Shown here: one piece after another, positions 18,813 through 28,422 of the stretch
Position numbering within the stretch: position 1 is the first letter of the stretch
Layout of the letters: each line of letters starts with the position of its first letter
The notes under the pieces: generated by a model
The model's input: the letters and a program-made list of their open reading frames with translations, nothing else
Told to the model about the DNA's origin: nothing
The model's database searches: none
Made by a program: the position numbers and the translations under genes
Source of the DNA: Candidatus Cloacimonadales bacterium
GTDB lineage: Bacteria > Cloacimonadota > Cloacimonadia > Cloacimonadales > JAIOQZ01
DNA length: 64,000 nt
Assembly: GCA_963665815.1 (NCBI GenBank)
Contig: OY762463.1
Location: 1,376,001 to 1,440,000, forward strand
Direction: 5' to 3'

Positions 18813-19499
18813 ATGAAAAGACGAATACCTTTACTGATAACATTCTTTATTGGATTGATCATCATATTATCAAACTTTATCCCTCATAAGCCATTTGGTC
18901 AGATTCAATCCAGTCTGGAAACCTGGTTTATTATTATCTCTTCATTTGCAATTGTGCTGGGTAACCTGAACTTACTTAAAATGAACTTTTTGAAAATCAA
19001 ATATAAACAGACAAACTGGAAGTACTATATATTCACTGTTGCCAGCTTCTTCCTGATGATAATTCTCGGACTTGTCTGGGGAACTAAAAGTCAGGCTGGT
19101 ATGGCAGGACATGGTGAAGCGATCACGGCTGTACTTGGAGCGAAGCCTTTTGACTACCTTTTCAGCAATGTCTATGAACACCTGCAGGCAACTATGTTTT
19201 CGCTGCTGGCATTCTATATAGCATCAGCTGCCTACAGAGCTTTTGTGGGAAGATCTATAGAATCCAATCTTCTGCTCGGAGCGGCAATACTGGTGATGCT
19301 GGGAAATACAAGTATAGGAACATTCCTTACTGCTAAACTTCCTCCGTTTCTGCAGCTTTCACTGATAACAGAATTTATTATGAAGTACCTCAATACTGCC
19401 GGTCAACGTGCTATAATGATTTGTGCCGGGCTGGGTATTATCGGAAGTTCACTCCGTATTATCATCGGAATTGAACGTTCTTATCTGGGAGGTGAGTAA
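18813..19499 (+). CDS. Conserved polytopic membrane protein
   Basis: About 6 TMs; motifs ATMFSLLAFYIASAAYRAF, NTAGQRAI and LRIIIGIERSYLG. Confidence 0.8.
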   Translation: MKRRIPLLITFFIGLIIILSNFIPHKPFGQIQSSLETWFIIISSFAIVLGNLNLLKMNFLKIKYKQTNWKYYIFTVASFFLMIILGLVWGTKSQAGMAGHGEAITAVLGAKPFDYLFSNVYEHLQATMFSLLAFYIASAAYRAFVGRSIESNLLLGAAILVMLGNTSIGTFLTAKLPPFLQLSLITEFIMKYLNTAGQRAIMICAGLGIIGSSLRIIIGIERSYLGGE

Positions 19500-20320
19500 T
19501 GAATAAAGCACTTTTGACTCGCAGAATAATTTTCACACTGATGTTCCTCGGAGTTCTGCTTCCACTTATATTCAAAATCGGTCTCCCTGTTGTAACCACG
19601 GAAAACGTGAGAAACGTGCATAAACTGGTTGAGTCAGCTAAACCAGGAGATAGAGTTATCTTCTCATTTGACTTTGATCCTGCTTCCAAACCTGAACTCT
19701 ATCCCATGGTTAAATCCCTTATGAAGCACTGCTTCGACAAACAGATCAATATTGTTGCAGTTGCCTTATGGCCCATGGGTGTCCAAATGTGTGATGATGC
19801 TTATAAAGAACTCAAAGTAGATTATCCACAGATTGAGTATGGAAAAAACTTTGCCAATCTTGGATACAAAACAGGCGGTATTGTTACTCTCCAGAAAATG
19901 GGTAAAGACTTCAGAGACATTTTTCCTAAGGATCAGGAAGGGACATCAATTGATGAACTTGAAATAATGAATGGAGTAACAAACTTCAACGCCTTCAGTT
20001 TTGCTGTTTCCTTTTCTGCCGGTGTACCGGGGATAACAGACTGGGTTATGGTTGGTCATGATGAATACAAGCTCAGGGTTGCCGGATGTACAACCGCGGT
20101 AAATGCCCCTACAATCATGCCTTATATAAATGAACAGAATCAGCTGATCGGACTACTTGGTGGTCTTAAAGCTGCCGCAGAATATGAAAAGCTGATTGAT
20201 ACTCCTGGAAATGCAACTCAGGGAATGGATGCTCAATCGATTGCCCATCTCGTTATCATTGCATTCATTGTCATAAATAATATCAACTACTGGCGTAATA
20301 AGAAAAGGGAGGAAAAGTAA
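19499..20320 (+). CDS. Conserved membrane-anchored protein with central soluble alpha/beta domain
   Basis: TMs at both ends; FDFDP...ELYP, YGKNFANLGY and GLLGGLKAAAEYE; translationally coupled (TAATG). Confidence 0.8.
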   Translation: MNKALLTRRIIFTLMFLGVLLPLIFKIGLPVVTTENVRNVHKLVESAKPGDRVIFSFDFDPASKPELYPMVKSLMKHCFDKQINIVAVALWPMGVQMCDDAYKELKVDYPQIEYGKNFANLGYKTGGIVTLQKMGKDFRDIFPKDQEGTSIDELEIMNGVTNFNAFSFAVSFSAGVPGITDWVMVGHDEYKLRVAGCTTAVNAPTIMPYINEQNQLIGLLGGLKAAAEYEKLIDTPGNATQGMDAQSIAHLVIIAFIVINNINYWRNKKREEK

Positions 20321-20321
20321 C

Positions 20322-20987
20322 ATGACAGGATTTTTTGACGCTCTCGGAATCTGGCTTGGATTCTTCGTTACAATAGCAATATTCAGTTTCCTCTACAAAG
20401 ATAATCCATTCTACAAAATCGCTGAACAGATTTTTGTCGGACTCTCGGCCGGTTACTGGTTTATATATACTTTCTTTAACGTTCTTAAACCAAACCTTAT
20501 AGATAAACTTTCATCTGATTTTACAGGGAATGCTATTCTACTCATCCCTGCATTCCTGGGACTGCTGATGCTCTTGAGACTGATACCCAAAATGGAATGG
20601 CTCAGTCGTTACCCAATTTCGCTGCTTATTGGTACAACTGCCAGTATCGGAATGCTCAGATACTTAAAATCCAACGTTATTAATCAGATGACAGCTACAA
20701 TGATCAATCCTTTTGCAAGTGGATCGGCTGTTGAAATAATCGGTTCAATCCTTCTTATTGTGGGGACACTGACCGGCATTGTTTATTTCTACTTCAGCTC
20801 AAAGCATGAAGGAATAATGGGAGTGACGGCTAAAACAGGTATTTACTTCCTGATGATCAGTTTTGGTGCAGCTTTCGGATATACAGCAATGGCACGTATT
20901 TCCCTCCTGATCGGAAGAGTCCAGTTCCTTAAAAACGACTGGTTTGAAAGCTTCTGGATGATTATTCAAAAGATATTCGGAGTATAA
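20322..20987 (+). CDS. Conserved polytopic membrane protein
   Basis: FSFLYKDNPFYKIAEQIFVG and FLMISFGAAFGYTAMARISLLIGR; about 6 TMs. Confidence 0.8.
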   Translation: MTGFFDALGIWLGFFVTIAIFSFLYKDNPFYKIAEQIFVGLSAGYWFIYTFFNVLKPNLIDKLSSDFTGNAILLIPAFLGLLMLLRLIPKMEWLSRYPISLLIGTTASIGMLRYLKSNVINQMTATMINPFASGSAVEIIGSILLIVGTLTGIVYFYFSSKHEGIMGVTAKTGIYFLMISFGAAFGYTAMARISLLIGRVQFLKNDWFESFWMIIQKIFGV

Positions 20988-21740
20988 ATGAAAGTTTTTT
21001 GTGTTGCCGGTTATCATCATACCGGAAAAACGTCTATGACTGTAGCTCTGTTACGTGAGCTGAGAAAAAGAGGATTCTCCGTAAGTTCAATCAAGGATAT
21101 TCATAACGAACAGTTTACAATGGAGAAACCTGGGTCAAACTCCTGGAGACACTGGGAAGCAAGTCAGTCCACAGTTATTGCCAGAGGTTTAACTGAGACA
21201 TACCAGATATGGCATGAACAGCTTAATCTGATACAGATGCTGAGTCATCTCGACTCTGAATACGTGATTGTTGAAGGAATGAAGTCAGCAGCCCTCCCAA
21301 AAGTAATCTGCGCAGAATCTGAAGAACAGCTGGAAGAACTCGTTGACGGCAGAACTATTGCCATTGCCGGTAAATATTCTGATAATCACGATTCATATAA
21401 ACATCTGATGTGTTATAATCATGCAAAAGATGCTGCAGCTCTTGCTGATCTTGTGATTGAAAAAGTTTTTGAAGTGCTTCCTCAAGCTGAACCGGAATGC
21501 TGCTCAAACTGCGGGTTAAACTGTCATGAAATGGTTTCAGCTATTCTGAGTGGCGAGAAAACCAGAGATGATTGTAAAACTGATAGAAACGAAGATATAG
21601 AAGTTCTTATTAACGGAAAAAAGCTTAACATTGTTCCTTACGTACAGAACACGTTTAAAGATGTAGTTGTTGCTTTTTTACTTAATCTCAAAGGGGTTAC
21701 CAAAGACTCCGATATTGAAATAAAAATCAGGCAGAAATAA
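20988..21740 (+). CDS. mobB: Molybdopterin-guanine dinucleotide biosynthesis protein B with C-terminal putative Fe-S domain
   Basis: P-loop GYHHTGKT, SIKDIH, VIVEGMK; C-terminal CxxCGxxC...C cluster (ECCSNCGLNC...DC). Confidence 0.85.
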   Translation: MKVFCVAGYHHTGKTSMTVALLRELRKRGFSVSSIKDIHNEQFTMEKPGSNSWRHWEASQSTVIARGLTETYQIWHEQLNLIQMLSHLDSEYVIVEGMKSAALPKVICAESEEQLEELVDGRTIAIAGKYSDNHDSYKHLMCYNHAKDAAALADLVIEKVFEVLPQAEPECCSNCGLNCHEMVSAILSGEKTRDDCKTDRNEDIEVLINGKKLNIVPYVQNTFKDVVVAFLLNLKGVTKDSDIEIKIRQK

Positions 21741-21742
21741 TA

Positions 21743-22339
21743 TTGAAATCAGAATTATACTTTGACTATGAAAATCTTATAGTTGTTAAAACAGTAAACA
21801 CAAAAGAAGAATATAATAAGGAAATGCTTGTTTACGGCAGGCATTTCTCTTTTGTCCCGGAAATTATAAATCGTGATGATGAACTTTCTTTTTCCATGGA
21901 AATGATTCAAGGGCATAACATTAGCGAAGGTTCAGACTTTCATGTGATCGGTGAACACTTTTCTCAATTGCACTCTGTAAAATCCGGTGATTTATCTCTG
22001 TGTCATCAGGACACAAATCCCAAGAACTACATGTATTCACTTGGGGAATACTATTTCATAGATTTTGCTGAGTCTGACTTTAATTACCCGGAGTATGATC
22101 TTATTCATTTTCTGTTGTTTTGGGCTGAAATCGCCGAAGCTGAAGCATTTAAGACCATTATAAACAACTTTATAAAAGGTTATAAAAGAAAAGGTAAGAT
22201 TTGTAAGAATAAGTGGACTGAATTGTTTCCGCAAATCGTACAGATGTTTGATGATCGCAGACTGAAATATGAAAAACCAAATATCATCTCTGAAAACACT
22301 CAGATCAACAGAAAACGAATTGAAATGTACAAGGTGTAA
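21743..22339 (+). CDS. APH/choline-kinase-like phosphotransferase
   Basis: Brenner-like HQDTNPKNY and IDF motifs; TTG start. Confidence 0.75.
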   Translation: MKSELYFDYENLIVVKTVNTKEEYNKEMLVYGRHFSFVPEIINRDDELSFSMEMIQGHNISEGSDFHVIGEHFSQLHSVKSGDLSLCHQDTNPKNYMYSLGEYYFIDFAESDFNYPEYDLIHFLLFWAEIAEAEAFKTIINNFIKGYKRKGKICKNKWTELFPQIVQMFDDRRLKYEKPNIISENTQINRKRIEMYKV

Positions 22340-22340
22340 T

Positions 22341-24500
22341 CTACTTCAGTAAAATCATCTTCCCTGTTCTGTTCAGTTTATCAGTTTTGATTTTATAGAA
22401 ATATACTCCGGCAGCAACTTCTTTCCCGAAGTGATCATTACCGTTCCACTTAACGAGATGTTTTCCCTGACTGAACTCATCCCTGCAAAGAGTTTTTACT
22501 TTCTGACCGATAACATTGTATATGGTCAATTCCACGTTTTGCCTTTCTGAAAGCGAAAAACTGATTGATGTTTCAGGATTAAACGGATTTGGAAAATTCC
22601 CCAGTAACTCATCCTTGAACACACTTACATCATCGCTTTCCATAACCTGCTCAATAGTTATATAGACAGGTTCACTCAATCCTGAAGAATAGACACTTTG
22701 AATAGATATATTGTAGGAAGATTGACTGTTATCAATAATGTTTCCCAAAAACAGGGATGTTGAATCTATATCTGATCTGTATTGTCCGTTATTTATTTCT
22801 ACCCTGAATCCTACAAAGCTTCTGGATTCATCAGCAGGATGCTCCCAACTGAGCATCATTGAGCTTGAATCAAATTCCGGATTCTGAGGAGTAATCCTTA
22901 TCTCATTCAATGTAATATTGTAAGAATATTCGTCGTAAAAATCAACATTGACAGAATCAATAGTGTAATCATTGAATCCCTGCTTACTTACTACAATATT
23001 GTATATATCATTTTCAATACTGTCAATTGCAGTATACCCGTTTTGACAAAAGTATGCATAATTATGAATGAGACCATTCAAGATAATCATATAATTAGTA
23101 TTTTCACCAGCATCATCATCTATATCAAATACTATTTCACCATATTTAACAAGCTGACAGTTGAGTTCAGTATTATTATCTGAAACAGTCTGTACCGCAT
23201 AAAATATCGAGTCAATACAACCTTCTTTGGAAAATAATACATCATAAGTTCCATCATTAAGATTTGATATTGTGTACTGACCATTGGAATCAGTTTTCTC
23301 TGTCTGATTCCCTGCGGTTACATTCACGCCTCTTATTGGTTCACCATAAACCGTTTGAACCGTACCGGCAATCAATCCTCCATCTTCAAGAACAAAGTTC
23401 TTCACAACAAGTTTTTCAGAACTGTAAACATTGGCATATGATGATTCAGCATTATGCATGAATTTTCGAGTTGAAATTGCATACATCCCAACTGGTACAT
23501 AAGGTAGATAATACATACCATGAGCATCAGCATAAGCTGTTTGACCTGTTTCTACAATTGTGATTATTGACTCGTCCAGAGGATTTCCATTGCCATCAAA
23601 GATATAGCCGTATATCCCGGATGATTCAGCGGCAATGCTGACATTGAGTGGTGCAGTTACATTATTTGTATTATCCATATCATTTGCCATAACAATCTTA
23701 CCATACAAATTATGGAAACCGACAAAAGAAGAATCCGGATTTACAAGAAAAACATAATCTTTTATTTCCTGATTTGCTATATTGTAGCCACTCATAGAGG
23801 CAATCTGAGTATCATCTAAAAATAATTTAACCTGATATTGCCCTTCAATTTGAAGTCCCCTGTTTTCCACAGTTAAATGATAGCGTGCATCAAGCCCAGC
23901 CATAGCATTAGCCGGTCCCAGAACAGAAATAGCCATTAAATCATGATCAAGTACAAGATAAGAAGATATACCCACATCATCCAGAAAAAGATCAGGTCCA
24001 AAACCAGTTGAGGCATGAAACCGAATTTTAACAACACTATTAGTAAAGCCGGTTAGGTCAATAGTTTCCTGAATAAATGAACCGGGGGAATTTGATGTAG
24101 CTCCATCATTAGAATCCAATTGTTCTGCAGACTTACTCCAAACAGGCTGCCAGCTTGTTCCATCTGTAGATACATGTACTTCGAGAGCATCCCCGGAATA
24201 TGCTGATGAATAATTATGAGACCATCTGAAAACAAGATAGGAATTGTAACTTAACTGAACAGCAGGAGATACGAGATCCGAACTTCCCATACTCTGTGAC
24301 CAAAACGGCGCTATCGCACATCCGTGAGTAGAATCATGAGACCAGTCCCAGTCTCCATTTACCTGCCAACCGGAAGGTAACCAGCTGTCAAATGATTCCA
24401 CCCAGGGTAATACGCTGATAGTATCACTCTGAGAAAACAAAGATAAGCTCAACATCAGCAGAACTATAACTATAAAAACACTTTTATTCAGTGTTCTCAT
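22341..24500 (-). CDS. Secreted multidomain protein (MAM/adhesin-like, CARDB, carboxypeptidase-regulatory-like repeats, FlgD/T9SS-like C-terminal domain)
   Basis: Signal peptide; ESFD...WxV, LFLDDV, DNTNN, two G-V..GxP repeats; C-terminal GNFPNPFNPETSISF...GVYFYKI...KMILLK. Confidence 0.85.
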   Translation of the reverse strand: MRTLNKSVFIVIVLLMLSLSLFSQSDTISVLPWVESFDSWLPSGWQVNGDWDWSHDSTHGCAIAPFWSQSMGSSDLVSPAVQLSYNSYLVFRWSHNYSSAYSGDALEVHVSTDGTSWQPVWSKSAEQLDSNDGATSNSPGSFIQETIDLTGFTNSVVKIRFHASTGFGPDLFLDDVGISSYLVLDHDLMAISVLGPANAMAGLDARYHLTVENRGLQIEGQYQVKLFLDDTQIASMSGYNIANQEIKDYVFLVNPDSSFVGFHNLYGKIVMANDMDNTNNVTAPLNVSIAAESSGIYGYIFDGNGNPLDESIITIVETGQTAYADAHGMYYLPYVPVGMYAISTRKFMHNAESSYANVYSSEKLVVKNFVLEDGGLIAGTVQTVYGEPIRGVNVTAGNQTEKTDSNGQYTISNLNDGTYDVLFSKEGCIDSIFYAVQTVSDNNTELNCQLVKYGEIVFDIDDDAGENTNYMIILNGLIHNYAYFCQNGYTAIDSIENDIYNIVVSKQGFNDYTIDSVNVDFYDEYSYNITLNEIRITPQNPEFDSSSMMLSWEHPADESRSFVGFRVEINNGQYRSDIDSTSLFLGNIIDNSQSSYNISIQSVYSSGLSEPVYITIEQVMESDDVSVFKDELLGNFPNPFNPETSISFSLSERQNVELTIYNVIGQKVKTLCRDEFSQGKHLVKWNGNDHFGKEVAAGVYFYKIKTDKLNRTGKMILLK

Positions 24501-24557
24501 ATCTCCTCCGTCGCATGCTGGCCAGTTTTTTTATAAAGTAATCGCAAGCATATAATA

Positions 24558-24573
24558 TGCAATTAGTGTTCCA
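24558..24573 (-). promoter_or_regulatory. Sigma-54 (-24/-12) promoter candidate
   Basis: The minus strand reads TGGAAC-ACTAA-TTGCA, matching TGGCAC-N5-TTGCW with exact spacing, about 60 bp upstream of the 24500 start. Confidence 0.65.
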
Positions 24574-24754
24574 AAGAATAATTTTATTTCAAAAATGTGT
24601 CATTTCTGCTCATAATTTGTAATTAATTACTGATTTTCACATGAATTATGCCAGTCTTGAGAATCTTTAATTTAATCAACGCCTTTACAAGCTGTATATG
24701 AGAGTGTAAACAACGTATCTTTTTATTGAAAACTGTAAACTTGTTTAACTATAC

Positions 24755-24783
24755 AAAAAAGCCCTCCGGTCAATCCGGAAGGC
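24755..24783 (-). terminator. Intrinsic terminator of the DUF2089/DUF4097 operon
   Basis: GCCCTCCGG/CCGGAAGGC stem followed on the minus strand by a T6 run. Confidence 0.7.
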
Positions 24784-24809
24784 CTGGAACCCTGATCAGA
24801 TCCCCTAAT

Positions 24810-25184
24810 TTATTGAGAAGGAAAAATGTTTACTATAATCTTTGAGTTGTTTTTAGATGCTACTTCTATTTCTATTCCGTCCTCCAGATCATCACTAATG
24901 AACAGATCCATAATCTCTTTCCATTTGATATAACTAAGATCAAACGAAATATTACCAATCTCTATGTCAGACAAATTGCGAGGGAAAAAGAATGAGCCTG
25001 TCCTTATTACTTCATAAGGTATACTCATCTTGATAATCTGCTTATAATCCTCTTTTGTACTCCTTGAAACGATAATATTCAATTTCTTCCTCACGAAGTT
25101 TTTCTGACCAAGCAGTTTACTTGCTTCTTCCGGAGATATCTTTTTCTCCGACAGCATTTGCAGTATTTTTCTCTGGAAACTCAT
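24810..25184 (-). CDS. Small protein with N-terminal SHOCT-like motif (YvlB/LiaX-like)
   Basis: RKILQMLSEKKISPEEASKLL. Confidence 0.7.
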   Translation of the reverse strand: MSFQRKILQMLSEKKISPEEASKLLGQKNFVRKKLNIIVSRSTKEDYKQIIKMSIPYEVIRTGSFFFPRNLSDIEIGNISFDLSYIKWKEIMDLFISDDLEDGIEIEVASKNNSKIIVNIFPSQ

Positions 25185-25191
25185 AACACCT

Positions 25192-26808
25192 CTAAACTGA
25201 TTTTAAGAGTCTGTCTGCTTCATCGACAGAAATCTTGCCATCTTCAAGTAATCTTAAAATCTGCATCTTTACAGAACTTGTGTTTTTTCTACTTTTATCC
25301 TGGTACTCAGTGAATGCTTCATCTGGTTCTTTTATCGATCCAAATCCTCTTTCGTGAGTCCTGTTCAGCATTTCTTTCTTGCGAACAATTCTTTTAACAT
25401 CATGAAGTTTATCTCTCAGCATATCTTTCTTTTTATCTAATTTTATTCTGAGAGCATCAAGTGTATCCTCAGGAATATCCAGATTCCTTAATTCCACCCT
25501 GACCACTTTCTCAGCTTCCTTTATTTCCTCTATAGCTTCACGAATATCAGCTTCTGCTTCTGCAATATCTTCTTTTGCATCCTGAATAGCTTCACGTGCT
25601 TCTTCCCTTGCATCCAGCAGCTCGTCGTCAATTTCGTGTTCAATATCTACAATAATATCGTGAACTTCCTCATCATCTGCATCATCGCAGAATTCATCTA
25701 CACTATCCCCGATCTTCTTTTTCATTTTACGGACAACTTTCTTAATTTTCTTTTCAATCTTGCCCATTTTCTCATCCGGAATATGAAAGTTTTCAATATC
25801 AATATTAAATCTGCTTTTAAGTTTGTTTACTTCATTTACAGCCGTATTGACTGTTTTATTCACGAAATCGGAAATGCCATCCAGATTTATATCAAGATCA
25901 ATATCTTCAAATTTGATCTTAGTTCTTGAATCCTTATCGGTATTGAGATCATCTGTCAGTAGTATACTGCCATTCATATTTTCAACGTTAATATTAAGAT
26001 TTTCTGCTGCTTCACTTCCTGATCTTATACACTCGAGTTTGGATTTACCAACTTTCTTCTCAATTGTACAGTGATCCGGAAGCTTATTCTTGATCCCTCC
26101 ATGCTTGTTTACCGCTGTAAGCTTAAATGTCTGTTCCTCGGGTATTGCAACGTGGATACGCCCATTTTGGTTCGCACAATTTACTTTACCGGAACACTCT
26201 TCCGTTATAACAACAGTAATTCTTCCGTTTTTGTTTGATATATCTGCATCGCTAAAAACAGTGTCGCTGATATTGATAGATCCGTTCATTGACTTTGAAT
26301 TTATTGATGAAACCGAATTTTCAATCTTTGTTCCTCCATTCAGAACCTCGGTAGTAATATTCCCATTCACTTTGTTCAATGTAATAGAACCATTCAAAGT
26401 ATTAGCTTTAACATTACCGAACACAGTTTCTGCGAACACACTGCCGTTTGAAGTATTGACAGCTACTTCTGCTGTCAGATCAGTAACTCTTATGCTTCCG
26501 TTTGACGTGTTAACATCAAGTTTTGTTCCGTGCGGAACTGATGCCTCAACTCTCCCCTTATATTTTCTGAGTTTCAATCCCGGAGCCGGTATTTTTAAAG
26601 ACAGTTCGTTTGCTTCTTCAGAATATTCTGATTCAATTAATCTGTCAGCAGTAAAGTTGTTTTCTTCATTAATTTCAAGATAAACATTAATTTCACAAAT
26701 ATCAGAATCTGACTGCGTAACTTCTGTCTTCAAATTACTACAGGTCAAAACTACTGAAGGTTTCTCCTTCAAATCAAATTTCTGACTAATTTCAATATTA
26801 TTCATCAT
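25192..26808 (-). CDS. DUF4097 beta-strand repeat protein with coiled coil and C-terminal SHOCT-like motif
   Basis: About 9 tandem (T/N)xNGxI repeats; acidic coiled coil AREEAREAIQDAKEDIAEAE; ILRLLEDGKISVDEADRLL. Confidence 0.85.
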   Translation of the reverse strand: MMNNIEISQKFDLKEKPSVVLTCSNLKTEVTQSDSDICEINVYLEINEENNFTADRLIESEYSEEANELSLKIPAPGLKLRKYKGRVEASVPHGTKLDVNTSNGSIRVTDLTAEVAVNTSNGSVFAETVFGNVKANTLNGSITLNKVNGNITTEVLNGGTKIENSVSSINSKSMNGSINISDTVFSDADISNKNGRITVVITEECSGKVNCANQNGRIHVAIPEEQTFKLTAVNKHGGIKNKLPDHCTIEKKVGKSKLECIRSGSEAAENLNINVENMNGSILLTDDLNTDKDSRTKIKFEDIDLDINLDGISDFVNKTVNTAVNEVNKLKSRFNIDIENFHIPDEKMGKIEKKIKKVVRKMKKKIGDSVDEFCDDADDEEVHDIIVDIEHEIDDELLDAREEAREAIQDAKEDIAEAEADIREAIEEIKEAEKVVRVELRNLDIPEDTLDALRIKLDKKKDMLRDKLHDVKRIVRKKEMLNRTHERGFGSIKEPDEAFTEYQDKSRKNTSSVKMQILRLLEDGKISVDEADRLLKSV

Positions 26809-26821
26809 TCCTCCCTGACTT

Positions 26822-27037
26822 TTACACTTCTATGCCTGATGCCGTTACTGTAATATCAATATTATCCGAATCAACATTCATGTCGTTATTCGGAACATCA
26901 CCTTTTACTTCGATATTCAGCTTAATATTATCGCCCGACACAGATTGTGTCACTTCAGCAGCAATATTATTGATCCCTGAGCTGCCACCCTGACTAACCT
27001 CCACATTGTATTCATGATTCATTTCAACCTTTTTCAT
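26822..27037 (-). CDS. Small hypothetical protein
   Basis: AGGAG RBS; fills the gap within the operon exactly. Confidence 0.6.
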   Translation of the reverse strand: MKKVEMNHEYNVEVSQGGSSGINNIAAEVTQSVSGDNIKLNIEVKGDVPNNDMNVDSDNIDITVTASGIEV

Positions 27038-27046
27038 CTTATTCTC

Positions 27047-27397
27047 CTATAGCTTTTTAAGTTGTTCAAGTGCCTGTTCTACAGACAGGTCACCAAATTC
27101 CAGCTTTTTCAGAATATCCTGCCTGTCTTTTTCTTCAGAATCAACACACAGACACCTCTGAATCTCAGCCAGTTTGTTTTTTACTGTCGGATAGGAAATA
27201 TTCATTTTCTTTTCAACCTCTTTGATGTTTCCTCCGGCACACATGAAAATTTTAACGAATTCCTGTTGGGCAAGGGTCAAGCTGCTTAAAGCTCCAAGCC
27301 CAAAAGTTCCCCTTATCGTAATATCACACTGAGAACACTGATACTCCCTGATTACAAGTTCCTCATTACAGACAGGACATGAGTTAAGACTGTTCAT
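27047..27397 (-). CDS. DUF2089 family zinc-ribbon/HTH putative regulator
   Basis: CPVC...CSQC, GNIKEVEKKMNISYPTVKNKL and a C-terminal SHOCT-like motif; start MNSLNS behind AGGAG. Confidence 0.88.
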   Translation of the reverse strand: MNSLNSCPVCNEELVIREYQCSQCDITIRGTFGLGALSSLTLAQQEFVKIFMCAGGNIKEVEKKMNISYPTVKNKLAEIQRCLCVDSEEKDRQDILKKLEFGDLSVEQALEQLKKL

Positions 27398-27458
27398 CGC
27401 TACTCCTTTGTTATTTGATCGAGAATCTACATCCTGAATTAATTTTGTCAATTCTTTT

Positions 27459-27494
27459 ATTAATATATTTAATTTTCACATTAATTATATTAAT
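27459..27494. promoter_or_regulatory. Inverted repeat, candidate operator upstream of DUF2089 operon
   Basis: ATTAATATATTTAAT-N6-ATTAATTATATTAAT (one mismatch), 7 bp upstream of a minus-strand TTGACA at 27451-27446. Confidence 0.45.
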
Positions 27495-27657
27495 TTAATC
27501 CAATCTTAACTGATTTGAAATATAAAAAACATTGACGACATAAACCTTAAACCGATATTAATACTTTGAAGTTTGATTAAGATCTTCCTGAAACATATTT
27601 ATAACAGATATATTGATTGATCCAATAATCACAAAATAGTCTGCTTAAGGAGAAGCC

Positions 27658-28422
27658 ATGAGTATTCTTAGTAAACCCGAAATATACGATTGGGAGTGCA
27701 GCTTTTTATACCCCCACCTGCTCAAAGATGTTAATTTCTGGATAAACACTCTGAAAAACGAAACTCATCCAATACTGGAAGCCGGAGCAGGCACTGGGAG
27801 AATATCAATTCCACTGGCTGAACAGGGACACAGCATTACAGCCCTTGATATATCAATCGAAATGTTGGAACTTCTCATGACCAAAACAGACAATAAAAAC
27901 GTGGAGATACAACAGGCTGACTTATGCAGATTCGACCTCAATCGCAGATTCGGTTCTGTAATTTTCCCATATACTATCTTCCAGTTGCTTCCTGACTCAG
28001 ATTCAAGAATCTCCTGCCTGAACACACTGAACAATAATCTTGTACCTGAGGGTAAACTTTTTTTTGATTTGGATTTAACTATTCTGGCAAACAAGAACTC
28101 AGAAGATTTCGAGCATCAATATACAGAACAGTACGATAATAATGGAGCAGTTGTCTCACTTTATTCCAAGACAGAAATTGATTTTTCAGATATGTCATGC
28201 ACATGGAACGATGTTTACAGGATATTCCATAATGGTAAGAAGGAAATACTCAGAAACAAAACTACCTTATATGCCCTGTCTCTTGACTACATGGATATGT
28301 TATTTAAGAAATGCGGATTTGTTATATATGATATTAAAGGTGGATACAATCAGGAATCACTGACCCAAGACTCGGAAAGAATGGTAATCTTCGCAGAAAA
28401 AGTATCAGAAGCCTCCGAATAA
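27658..28422 (+). CDS. Class I SAM-dependent methyltransferase
   Basis: ILEAGAGTGR, ALDIS..ML, QAD, LVPEG. Confidence 0.9.
   Translation: MSILSKPEIYDWECSFLYPHLLKDVNFWINTLKNETHPILEAGAGTGRISIPLAEQGHSITALDISIEMLELLMTKTDNKNVEIQQADLCRFDLNRRFGSVIFPYTIFQLLPDSDSRISCLNTLNNNLVPEGKLFFDLDLTILANKNSEDFEHQYTEQYDNNGAVVSLYSKTEIDFSDMSCTWNDVYRIFHNGKKEILRNKTTLYALSLDYMDMLFKKCGFVIYDIKGGYNQESLTQDSERMVIFAEKVSEASE

Noticed and set aside
26090-26683. 197 aa plus-strand ORF and other short antisense ORFs in the track
   Set aside because: They are shadows of well-supported genes on the opposite strand, with no RBS or recognisable motifs.
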